Below, piece by piece: positions 17,501-26,158 of a DNA stretch of 63,416 bases. Below the pieces are notes generated by a model that was given only the letters and a program-made list of their open reading frames with translations, did no database searches and was not told the DNA's origin. Made by a program: the position numbers and the translations under genes. This DNA is from Desulfobacteraceae bacterium. GTDB lineage: Bacteria; Desulfobacterota; DSM-4660; Desulfatiglandales; Desulfatiglandaceae. The stretch is from positions 1-63,416 of the forward strand of contig QZIK01000133.1 of the NCBI GenBank assembly GCA_003599015.1. The letters run 5' to 3'. Within the stretch, counting starts at the first letter, position 1. Every line of letters begins with the position of its first letter.

Positions 17501-18412
17501 ATGGATGCGACGGCTATAGATCAGATAAGTCTTAATTTCAATAAAGGCGGACTCCTGGCCCTGAATGCTGTAATAGGTCTGATGATGTATGGCATGGCCC
17601 TTGATATGAAATTGGAGGATTTCAAACGGGTCATTCTATCTCCAAAAGGACCGGCCATAGGCCTGGGCGCTCAATTCGTGCTTCTTCCTCTTTTTACATT
17701 TTTTTTGACCCTTGTTCTTCCTGTTACTCCGTCAATGGCTCTGGGCATGATCCTGGTTGCTGCATGTCCCGGCGGAAACCTTTCAAATGTGCTGACATAT
17801 CTTGCAAACGGCAATACCGCCCTTTCCGTAAGCATGACCGCTGTTTCAACTGCGGTCGCCATTATCATGACCCCGCTTAATCTTTCAATATGGGGGGCCA
17901 TGAATCCGGCAACCCATGATATTCTGAGAAAGGTATCGCTTGATCCGCTGGATGTTTTTCAGACAATCGTGCTTATACTGGGTATCCCCCTTGCGCTGGG
18001 AATATCAACGTCGAGGTTTTATCCCAGACTGGCCGACAGGATCAGGAAACCTTTCAAGACGATATCCGTTGTCATCTTCTGTCTTTTTGTGGCCGCAGCG
18101 CTTGGAGCCAACTGGCAAAACTTTCTCAGGGCAATAGGACTGGTAGCCTTCGGTGTTTTCATTCATAATGCCCTGGCTCTTTTCCTGGGATACAGCTCAG
18201 CCCGTCTTTTTTCCCTTGAGGAAAGAGACCGAAGGGCGGTTTCAATTGAGGTGGGCATACAGAACTCGGCCCTTGCCCTGGTATTGATATTTCAATTCTT
18301 CGGAGGTCTCGGCGGTATGGCAATAATCGCGGGGTGGTGGGGTATCTGGCATATTATATCAGGGCTCAGTGTTTCTCTTTTCTGGTCTCGAAGGCCGTCA
18401 GCTGTCAGGTAG
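17501..18412 (+). CDS. bile acid:sodium symporter (BASS/SBF) family transporter
   Basis: About 9-10 TM helices. BASS-like motifs (ACPGGNLSNV, IEVGIQNSALAL). Start at ATG 17501 with an AAGGAGGGG RBS; the ORF track starts at 17435. Confidence 0.8.
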   Translation: MDATAIDQISLNFNKGGLLALNAVIGLMMYGMALDMKLEDFKRVILSPKGPAIGLGAQFVLLPLFTFFLTLVLPVTPSMALGMILVAACPGGNLSNVLTYLANGNTALSVSMTAVSTAVAIIMTPLNLSIWGAMNPATHDILRKVSLDPLDVFQTIVLILGIPLALGISTSRFYPRLADRIRKPFKTISVVIFCLFVAAALGANWQNFLRAIGLVAFGVFIHNALALFLGYSSARLFSLEERDRRAVSIEVGIQNSALALVLIFQFFGGLGGMAIIAGWWGIWHIISGLSVSLFWSRRPSAVR

Positions 18413-18414
18413 GT

Positions 18415-19230
18415 ATGGCACATAGAAGAGACTTTAGAGGAAAGGCAGTGGTCGTAACAGGGGCTGCTTCTGGAATAGGGCTTGCCCTGGCAAGACGTTT
18501 TGGTCAGGCAGGGTCAACTATGGCTATGTTAGATATAAACAAGGATGCCTTGACTGAAGCTTCATCAAGGCTGGCAAATATGGGTATCAGAACCATGCAT
18601 GTTGAATGCGACGTATCAGATCCTCACTGCGTGGCAGGTGCCATGGAGGAGGTAATCAAAGATCTGGGCGGAGTGGATGTCCTCATCAATAACGCAGGTA
18701 TCAGTGCAAGGGCAGCCTTTGCTGCGACCAGGCTGGAGGTCTTCCACAGGGTCATGGGAGTGAATTTCTTCGGTGCCCTTTATTGCACCAAGGCATGCCT
18801 TGAAAGCCTTCTGGAAAGAAAGGGCCTGGTCATAACCATAAGCTCTCTTGCAGGTTTTTCTCCTCTTCTTGGCCGTTCTGCTTATTCGGCCAGCAAACAC
18901 GCTCTTCACGGTCTTTTTGACACTCTTCGAAGCGAGTTTAGGAGGACCGGATTAGACTTTCTGATCGTTTGTCCGGGTTTTACCGCCACCGCCATAGGCA
19001 TTTCAGCCCTTGACGGAGACGGAGCCATAACAAGACATCCTCAGTCAACTGCGGGAAGGCCTTCAAAACCTGAACATGTGGCAGATCAGATCTTCCGGGC
19101 AGCAGAGAAAAATCGCAAACTTCTTATACTTAGCAGAATAGGGCATCTTGGACGTTTCATAAATAAGATTTCTCCCAGCCTTTATGAATACCTGATGATC
19201 AAATCCATGCGTTCGGAACTGGAAAGATAG
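18415..19230 (+). CDS. short-chain dehydrogenase/reductase (classical SDR)
   Basis: TGAASGIGLA cofactor motif, NNAG, and catalytic S...YSASK. The ATG at 18415 lies 2 nt after the transporter stop. Confidence 0.85.
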   Translation: MAHRRDFRGKAVVVTGAASGIGLALARRFGQAGSTMAMLDINKDALTEASSRLANMGIRTMHVECDVSDPHCVAGAMEEVIKDLGGVDVLINNAGISARAAFAATRLEVFHRVMGVNFFGALYCTKACLESLLERKGLVITISSLAGFSPLLGRSAYSASKHALHGLFDTLRSEFRRTGLDFLIVCPGFTATAIGISALDGDGAITRHPQSTAGRPSKPEHVADQIFRAAEKNRKLLILSRIGHLGRFINKISPSLYEYLMIKSMRSELER

Positions 19231-19291
19231 AATCTTTAATGATAGTTTGCTCAAAAATATAATTATTGAACATAGTTAAAGGAGATATGCT

Positions 19292-21013
19292 ATGCCGAAA
19301 ATGACACCGTCAGAGGCACTGGTGGAAACCCTCGTTGCAGAAAAGGTGAACACTGTCTTCGGTATTGTGGGCAGTGCATACATGGATGCACTTGATCTTT
19401 TTCCCGCAGCGGGTATAAGGTTCATCCCCGTTGCCCATGAACAGGCCGCCTGCCATGCAGCGGACGGTCTAGCCAGGGTGACAGGGCGAGCGCAGGTATG
19501 TATCGCACAGAATGGGCCTGGAGCGGCTAATTTTGTATCAGCCATGGCTGCAGCCTTTTGGGCCCATTCTCCCGTTGTCGCCATAACGCCTGAAACAGGG
19601 AGCATGGGAATGGGGACAGGAGGCTTCCAGGAACTGGACCAGATGCCTATGTTTGAAAGACAGACCGTTTATCAGGTTCGGGTCAGCCGGCCCGAGCGCA
19701 TGGCCGAACTTGCAAGAAGGGCCTTTTTTATGGCCAACAATTTCAATGGACCGGCACAACTTAATATTCCAAGGGACTATTTCTACGGAACCTGCGATGA
19801 TGAGATTTATGCAACGACCATTATTCACCGAGGTCCCGGCGATGAAGAAGCTCTGATTCGTTCTGCTCAACTTCTTTCCGAAGCTTCCTATCCTGTCATA
19901 CTAGCGGGAGGAGGTGTCTGCCAGTGCGATGCGGTCTCAGAACTGGGGACGCTCGCCGATTACCTTACTGCCCCTGTTGTAAACTCCTATCTTCATAACG
20001 ACACATTCCCGTCAGATCATCCTCTTTCAGTGGGTCCTATAGGCTATTGCGGATCCAAGGCCGCCATGAGGATCATTTCGAAAGCAGATGTGGTGCTCGC
20101 TCTGGGATGCAGGCTGGGACCATTCGGAACCCTTCCCCAGTACGACATGGATTACTGGCCAAAAAACGCCAGGATAATTCAGGTTGACATCAATCCGGCA
20201 GTATTGGGATTGAGCAGGAGAGTGGAGGTAGCCTCCTGCGGAGATGCCAAGGCCTTTGCCAAGTCCCTGCTTGCTTTGCTCAAACAACTGAAGCCTGACC
20301 TCGCATGCCAAAGGGAGCGTTTATCGGAGATTGCCTTTGAAAAGAAGAGGTGGGCGGATGAAATGGTTGGATGGTCAAGTTCTACAGTTTCCCCAATGCA
20401 TCCAAGGCGCTTCCTTGCTGAACTTGCTAAGGCTGTTCCTTCCGGTTCAATCATAACAACCGATATAGGCAACAACTCCTCCATGTGTAATGCCTACTTC
20501 AAATTCAACGGCCCGCGCCAACATATCTCCGCCTTGAGCTGGGGCAACTGCGGATTTGCATACGGTGCGGCCATGGGAGCCAAGATCGGTTCACCCGAAA
20601 AGGCAGTTTTCGCCTTTCAGGGAGACGGGGCCTACGGCATAAGCGGCATTCAGGAGGTTATGACTGCGGTTCGCGAAAATATACCGGTTATCGCCATTGT
20701 GGCCAATAACTTTGAATGGGGAGCCGAGAAAAAAAATCAGATTGATTATTACAAAAGCCGTTTTGTAGGCTCCAACCTGGGGGAAAACCCTGATTATGCA
20801 AAACTGGCAGAGGATATGGGAGCCAGAGGATATCTTCTTACTGATCACAGAGAAGTGGCGGATGTGGTGCGCGATGCTGTGGCATCCCAAAGACCCAGCG
20901 TCATAAACGCAGTGATCCAGGGTGGAGAGGAGGTGCTGGCAGAGCCTTTTAGAAGGGATGCCCTTAAGATGCCTTTGCGATTACTCGAAAAATACCGACA
21001 CCTGTCAGCCTGA
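19292..21013 (+). CDS. xsc: thiamine-diphosphate enzyme, best match by eye to sulfoacetaldehyde acetyltransferase (Xsc)
   Basis: 573 aa. The N-terminus KMTPSEALVETL..FGIVGSAYMDALDLFPAAGIRF..VAHEQ, plus NGPGAANF, GTGGFQELDQMPMFE and AQLNIPRDYF, follow the Xsc pattern as I recall it rather than acetolactate synthase. ThDP motif GDGAY...NN. Acetate kinase follows directly. Confidence 0.65.
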   Translation: MPKMTPSEALVETLVAEKVNTVFGIVGSAYMDALDLFPAAGIRFIPVAHEQAACHAADGLARVTGRAQVCIAQNGPGAANFVSAMAAAFWAHSPVVAITPETGSMGMGTGGFQELDQMPMFERQTVYQVRVSRPERMAELARRAFFMANNFNGPAQLNIPRDYFYGTCDDEIYATTIIHRGPGDEEALIRSAQLLSEASYPVILAGGGVCQCDAVSELGTLADYLTAPVVNSYLHNDTFPSDHPLSVGPIGYCGSKAAMRIISKADVVLALGCRLGPFGTLPQYDMDYWPKNARIIQVDINPAVLGLSRRVEVASCGDAKAFAKSLLALLKQLKPDLACQRERLSEIAFEKKRWADEMVGWSSSTVSPMHPRRFLAELAKAVPSGSIITTDIGNNSSMCNAYFKFNGPRQHISALSWGNCGFAYGAAMGAKIGSPEKAVFAFQGDGAYGISGIQEVMTAVRENIPVIAIVANNFEWGAEKKNQIDYYKSRFVGSNLGENPDYAKLAEDMGARGYLLTDHREVADVVRDAVASQRPSVINAVIQGGEEVLAEPFRRDALKMPLRLLEKYRHLSA

Positions 21014-21054
21014 AAACTGGAACCTGGGCAGAAGAAAGGGTTTTATACCACAGC

Positions 21055-22269
21055 ATGCGGGTCCTTATATTTAACAGCGGAAGCTCGTCTCTGAAATTCA
21101 AACTGATGGATATGCCGTCGGAAATAGAGGTCTTCGGCGGCATAGTTGAGAACATAGGAGAGCCCGAGGAATGCAGGTTGGTCATGAGGCCTTCATCGAG
21201 CAGCCCGGAAGGCAAGTCCGTTGATTGCATGGATCACGGCCAGGCCCTGGATATTATTTTGAAAGAGATTGACGTGCAGGGGGCCTGCTCTGTCAGGGGT
21301 AGGGAAAAGATTGATCTTTTGGGGCATCGTCTCGTACACGGAAAAGACATTTTCAAAACCCCTGCCCTGGTTAATGAAAGAGTTCTTAAAGACATAGATG
21401 CCCTCAAGGAACTGGCGCCCCTTCACATGCCTCCTGCAATATCCGTCCTTAAGAAATGCCGGGAGAGACTGCCTGATACTCCCCAGGTGGTCTGTTTTGA
21501 TACTACCTTTTTCCAGAGCATGCCTGAAAGATCATATCGTTATGCCGTGCCCCGCCGGTGGCAGCAGGATCACGGCGTGAGGAGATACGGATTCCATGGG
21601 CTTTCCCACCAGTATGTCTCCCAAAGGGTATCGGAGCAAATGGGGATTAATCTTTCCAGTCTTAAGCTCATAAGCGCCCATCTGGGAAATGGTGCAAGCA
21701 TCACCGCTTTTGACAGGGGAGGGGTACTTGATACCTCCATGGGCTTTACTCCCCTTGAAGGTCTTATCATGGGAACGCGGAGCGGCGACATAGATCCTGC
21801 GGTCTTGCCCTACCTTAAGGATCGCACTGGAATGGATTGCCGTGCAATACTCGATATATTGAACACAGGCAGCGGTCTTATGGCCGTGGGCGGATGCGGA
21901 AGGGATCTGCGTTCAATAATGAACGAAAGAAAAAAAGGCAATTCCGATGCCGCCCTTGCCGTTGATATGTACGTTCACAGGCTTAGAAAATATATAGGAG
22001 CATACTTCTTCGCACTTTCAGGAGCGCAAGCCTTTGTTTTCACAGGGGGTGTCGGAGAGAACTCCTGGGAACTCAGAGAGATGATAATAAGCGGATGGGA
22101 TAGCCTGGGATTTGTTCTGGATAAGGAGGCAAACCGCATTGCCGTAAATGGAAGAAGCGGAATGATCTCCACTGAAACGAGCAAGGTTAAAATCTTTGTG
22201 GTCAGGACCGACGAGGAGCGTATGATTGCCCGGCTGGCATTCGGACTGACAGGCCATGATTTGAAATAA
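21055..22269 (+). CDS. ackA: acetate kinase
   Basis: MRVLIFNSGSSSLKFKL N-terminus, HRLVHGK, RYGFHGLSHQY, AHLGNGASI, TGGVGENS. Confidence 0.9.
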   Translation: MRVLIFNSGSSSLKFKLMDMPSEIEVFGGIVENIGEPEECRLVMRPSSSSPEGKSVDCMDHGQALDIILKEIDVQGACSVRGREKIDLLGHRLVHGKDIFKTPALVNERVLKDIDALKELAPLHMPPAISVLKKCRERLPDTPQVVCFDTTFFQSMPERSYRYAVPRRWQQDHGVRRYGFHGLSHQYVSQRVSEQMGINLSSLKLISAHLGNGASITAFDRGGVLDTSMGFTPLEGLIMGTRSGDIDPAVLPYLKDRTGMDCRAILDILNTGSGLMAVGGCGRDLRSIMNERKKGNSDAALAVDMYVHRLRKYIGAYFFALSGAQAFVFTGGVGENSWELREMIISGWDSLGFVLDKEANRIAVNGRSGMISTETSKVKIFVVRTDEERMIARLAFGLTGHDLK

Positions 22270-22320
22270 TCTCCGCAGTAAGGACTGTCATAATCCGGAT
22301 CCAGCTCGGGTGTACCTTCC

Positions 22321-22584
22321 CTATTTTCCCCCTTTTTCAGGGAGAATCTTAAACAGATAGCCGACAATGTCTTTAACATACCTGAATCCCTGAATGGCTT
22401 CATCAGGTATTTGAATGCCATATTGTTCTTCGAACTCAAAAACCATCTCAACGGCATCAAGGGAATCCATCCCTAGATCATCCACAAGGGAGGAGTCAAG
22501 ACTGATCTGGTCCTGCGGCACAGTCCCCTTATCCGCCAGTACGGCGATAACCTTTTCGGTAATCTCTTTCTCTGTGTAGGCCAT
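22321..22584 (-). CDS. acyl carrier protein
   Basis: 87 aa. Phosphopantetheine attachment motif LGMDSLDAVE. Start at 22584; the longer ORF-track version overlaps fabF and is unlikely. Confidence 0.85.
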   Translation of the reverse strand: MAYTEKEITEKVIAVLADKGTVPQDQISLDSSLVDDLGMDSLDAVEMVFEFEEQYGIQIPDEAIQGFRYVKDIVGYLFKILPEKGGK

Positions 22585-22604
22585 GTTGTATTGTATCCCC
22601 TTTC

Positions 22605-23861
22605 TTATATGATCTTCTTGAAAACTAGACAAGCGTTTACGCTTCCAAAGCCAAAGGCATTGGACAGAACATTCCTCAGCCTGGCATCCCTCGGCTGGTT
22701 GGGGACATAATCCAGATCGCACTCAGGATCCCTTTGATGATAGTTGACCGTGGGCGGAATGATCTGATGAAGTATTGCACAACAGCAGACTACGGCCTCT
22801 ATGGCCCCAGCTGCCCCGATGGAGTGCCCTATCATGGATTTGGTGGATGATACGGGAACCCTGTAGGCATCGCTGCCGAACAGCTTCTTTATTCCCTTTG
22901 TCTCCGCCGCATCGTTTGCCGCGGTACTCGTGCCGTGTGCGTTGATATAATCTATGTCCTTGGGGGTTATGCCCGCATCACTCAATGCAAGGGCCATCGC
23001 CTCCGCCGCATCTTCTCCGTCAGGCTGAGGCATTGCGATATGATAGGCGCCGCTGGTGAGACCGTAACCCCCTATCTCTGCGTAGATTCTAGCCCCCCGT
23101 TGAATGGCGTGGCCGAGTTCTTCGAGCAAAAGCATTGCTCCGCCCTCTCCCATGACAAAGCCGTCCCTGTCCCTGTCAAAGGGCCTGCTGGCCTCCCTTG
23201 GGGAATCGTTTCTCTTGGACAGGACATTCCTCATGGCACAGTACGCCCCGTATGTGAACTGGGTAAGCGGTGCCTCAACTCCGCCCGCCAGCATCAAATC
23301 TGCCTCTCCATGCTGTATTTTCCTTAGCGCCTCGCCGATACCGTGATTGCCCGAGGCGCATGCAGTGGAAACAACCATATTGGGCCCTCTGAGTCCTTTT
23401 TCAATGGCTATATGCGCTGCCACTGCATTAGGGGTGACCCTGGGAACACAGAGAGGATTGAAGCGGTAAGTTTCCTTCTGATAGGCCATGGCGATTTGCT
23501 CCTCATGAAAGAGCGCGCCGCCAAGTCCGGAACCCACAAGAACACCTATTCTGCTTTTATCCTCTTTTTCAAGGTCAATCCCGCTGTCTTTGAGGGCCAT
23601 CTCAGCAGAGGCGATCCCGAAATGCACAAACCGGTCAACTCGTTTTGCCTTTTTCTCCGGCATGTACAGATCCGGATTGAATCCTTTTACCTCGGCCGCG
23701 ATTCTGGAATCATAGTGGGAAGCGTCAAAGCAGGTTATTGGTCCTGCACCTGATTCTCCCTTTAGATTGGCCTTCCAGAAGGCATCCACTCCGATGCCGT
23801 TTGCTGCAACTACTCCTAATCCGGTCACAGCGACCCGTCTCCGATTAACCCCGCAAACCAT
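22605..23861 (-). CDS. fabF: beta-ketoacyl-ACP synthase II
   Basis: Active-site Cys context VSTACASG. HGTSTAANDAAE and MIGHSIGAAGAIE supply the His-His pair. C-terminal NAFGFGSVNACLVF. Confidence 0.9.
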   Translation of the reverse strand: MVCGVNRRRVAVTGLGVVAANGIGVDAFWKANLKGESGAGPITCFDASHYDSRIAAEVKGFNPDLYMPEKKAKRVDRFVHFGIASAEMALKDSGIDLEKEDKSRIGVLVGSGLGGALFHEEQIAMAYQKETYRFNPLCVPRVTPNAVAAHIAIEKGLRGPNMVVSTACASGNHGIGEALRKIQHGEADLMLAGGVEAPLTQFTYGAYCAMRNVLSKRNDSPREASRPFDRDRDGFVMGEGGAMLLLEELGHAIQRGARIYAEIGGYGLTSGAYHIAMPQPDGEDAAEAMALALSDAGITPKDIDYINAHGTSTAANDAAETKGIKKLFGSDAYRVPVSSTKSMIGHSIGAAGAIEAVVCCCAILHQIIPPTVNYHQRDPECDLDYVPNQPRDARLRNVLSNAFGFGSVNACLVFKKII

Positions 23862-24087
23862 AGATAGTCTCCTGTAATTAAAAAAGCCGTGGAAAATATA
23901 AAAAATTCGAGTTAGGCATGCCCTTTATTACTCGAAGACCTGGTTTGGGTCAAGAGATCAGTAGCCCTTGAATTTTTCCAAGAACTTTAATAAGTTGTTG
24001 TGAATGAAAAGATAATGGCTCAATTTCCGGATCTCTCATTCAGCTTTACGAAATAATTATAAATTTAAAATTCAGGAGGTTTCATCG

Positions 24088-24843
24088 TTGAAGAAGTCAG
24101 CGGAGTTCAGGGTGGAAGGCCTTTCGCGCATTCTGTCTTATGTGCTTGGCATCAGACCTGATGAGTTCGGTCTGGTTCCGGACGAGGAAGGATTTGTTTC
24201 CATCAAGGAGCTTCTTCAGGCCCTGCATGAAGAGCCTGAGCTGGGGTATGTAAGGGAGTCTCATGTAAAAGAAATACTTTACGGAAAGCACAGGGAAGAG
24301 TTCGAGGTGGACGCGAACCGGATCAGGTCTCTTAAGAGGAACTGGGGATTCGATCCTGGAACTGACGTTGATAATGTGCCAAAGATCCTCTATACGCCTG
24401 TTAGAAGGAGGGCACATTCCGTCGTAATGCAGGAAGGACTTAAGCCGGCTAAGGGTAGATTCAATATTCTCTCCCCGTCAACAGAGATGGCCCTTAGAAT
24501 TGGACGGCGACGCGATCCTGACCCGGTAATCCTTGAGATAAAGGCGGAGGCAGGACATAAGGCCGGTGTAAATTTTAGTTCATTTGGGGGCTTGATCCTT
24601 TCAGGCTGGATTCCATCAGGATTTATTGCCGGGCCTCCTCTCCCAAAAGAACTTCTCGAGGAGAAAAATACCCCTGTCAGACCCGAAAAGATGCGGGAAC
24701 CCCAAAGGAGTTTCCACGCGCCTGCAGGGTCTTTTTTCCTGGATTTATCAAGGGATCCCGGCCAGGAGAGGAGACCCAAAGGAAAGAAACAGAAAGGGTG
24801 GAAAGAGGAGGCAAGGAGGCTCAGGAGGGGAAAAGGTCGCTGA
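24088..24843 (+). CDS. Tpt1/KptA (RNA 2'-phosphotransferase) family homolog with substituted catalytic residues and a basic C-terminal tail
   Basis: LSRILSYVLGIRPDEFGLVPDEEGFVSIKELL aligns with KptA [24 protein letters not shown]. The LRH, QGHS and YHGT positions read LGI, RNWG and YTPV. The tail is RRPKGKKQKGWKEEARRLRRGKGR. TTG start with an AGGAGG RBS. Confidence 0.5.
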   Translation: MKKSAEFRVEGLSRILSYVLGIRPDEFGLVPDEEGFVSIKELLQALHEEPELGYVRESHVKEILYGKHREEFEVDANRIRSLKRNWGFDPGTDVDNVPKILYTPVRRRAHSVVMQEGLKPAKGRFNILSPSTEMALRIGRRRDPDPVILEIKAEAGHKAGVNFSSFGGLILSGWIPSGFIAGPPLPKELLEEKNTPVRPEKMREPQRSFHAPAGSFFLDLSRDPGQERRPKGKKQKGWKEEARRLRRGKGR

Positions 24844-26158
24844 CAGGTCTTCCCAGGATCTTTGTGCCCTTCAGTCTTTGTGACAGGACCGTTATGAAAT
24901 CATGTTTCTTGACGGATGGGTGCGGGAATAAAAACTGGATGTAATTATCGCTGGTTCCTGTAATCAGTCCGGACTCTTCCCTGAGGCTCTCCTCAGGAAG
25001 CACCTGAAATGCCTTGCCGAGACAAAGACGATGAAATGCCAGCCTTTTTTCACGGCTCAATTGCCTCAGCTCGGCTGCCCTTGCCTTTATCAGGGCCGGT
25101 TCAACCCGGCCTGCAAAGGTTGCAGCACGGGTTCCTTGTCTGGGTGAAAAGGGAAAGACATGCAGGTATGATATGGGGAGGTCCTCCAAAAGCGATACCG
25201 TGTTGGCATGTCCTCTTTCGGATTCCCCGGGGAAACCGGACATGACATCAACCCCTATGCAGCCGAAAGGTATTGCATCGTGTATTGCCTCGACCAGCCC
25301 GGCAAATTGTTCCGGCGAGTAATGACGGTTCATTGCTTTTAAGGTTCTCATGTCTCCGCTTTGAAGAGGAATATGGAAGTGGCTGCATATCCATGGCTCT
25401 TTTGCGGCAAGAGAGATGAGTTCATTATCTATTTCATTAGGCTCTATGGAGCTCAATCTGATTCGAAGAGGCAATTGCCTTTCCCCGATCAGGCGCAGAA
25501 GGCGGCCAAGAGAAACTGAAGGTGTCAGATCAATGCCGTATCTGCCGAGGTGGATACCTGTAAGGACGACCTCGCGATATCCCCTACCGGACAATTCTTC
25601 AAGTATCTCTATTACCGAAAGAGGATCAAGGCTTCTGGACGGGCCCCTTGCCTGGGGTACTATGCAGTAGCTGCAGAAGGACTCACAACCGTCCTGTACC
25701 TTGAGGAATGCCCTTGCCCTGTCAGGATACGTCTTTACCGGCATTGGTTCAAAAAGTTCTTGCTTTGAAAAGGCCTTGATAACCTTTTTAGATATCCCTT
25801 GCTGAAGGGCTTCAATTAGAAGAGCCGGCGCATCTTTCTTATACTTGTTTCCTATGACAAGCCCGACTCCGCCAATGGAAGATACCTCCTCCGGGTAAGC
25901 CTGAACGTAACATCCCGTGACGGCGATCAATGCCTTTGGGTTTTCCCTTATGGCCCTTCTGATTGATTGGCGGCTCTGATGGGATGCAGGGCCTGTCACG
26001 GTACAGGTGTTGATAATGACAGCGTCGGCTCTGTCCCGTTCAGATGCCTGAGCAAACCCGGAGTTCAGGAGGGATTCCTTTATAAACGCGGATTCATACT
26101 GATTGACCTTGCATCCCAGGGTTATTATTTTGAAAAATCGGGCAGAGAGGTCTTTCAT
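24821..26158 (-). CDS. mtaB: radical-SAM methylthiotransferase, MtaB-like (tRNA ms2t6A)
   Basis: N-terminal UPF0004 domain (ITLGCKVNQYES), radical-SAM CESFCSYC, and a TRAM-like C-terminus. The start at 26158 overlaps the mnmA stop by 4 nt. Confidence 0.8.
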   Translation of the reverse strand: MKDLSARFFKIITLGCKVNQYESAFIKESLLNSGFAQASERDRADAVIINTCTVTGPASHQSRQSIRRAIRENPKALIAVTGCYVQAYPEEVSSIGGVGLVIGNKYKKDAPALLIEALQQGISKKVIKAFSKQELFEPMPVKTYPDRARAFLKVQDGCESFCSYCIVPQARGPSRSLDPLSVIEILEELSGRGYREVVLTGIHLGRYGIDLTPSVSLGRLLRLIGERQLPLRIRLSSIEPNEIDNELISLAAKEPWICSHFHIPLQSGDMRTLKAMNRHYSPEQFAGLVEAIHDAIPFGCIGVDVMSGFPGESERGHANTVSLLEDLPISYLHVFPFSPRQGTRAATFAGRVEPALIKARAAELRQLSREKRLAFHRLCLGKAFQVLPEESLREESGLITGTSDNYIQFLFPHPSVKKHDFITVLSQRLKGTKILGRPVSDLFPS

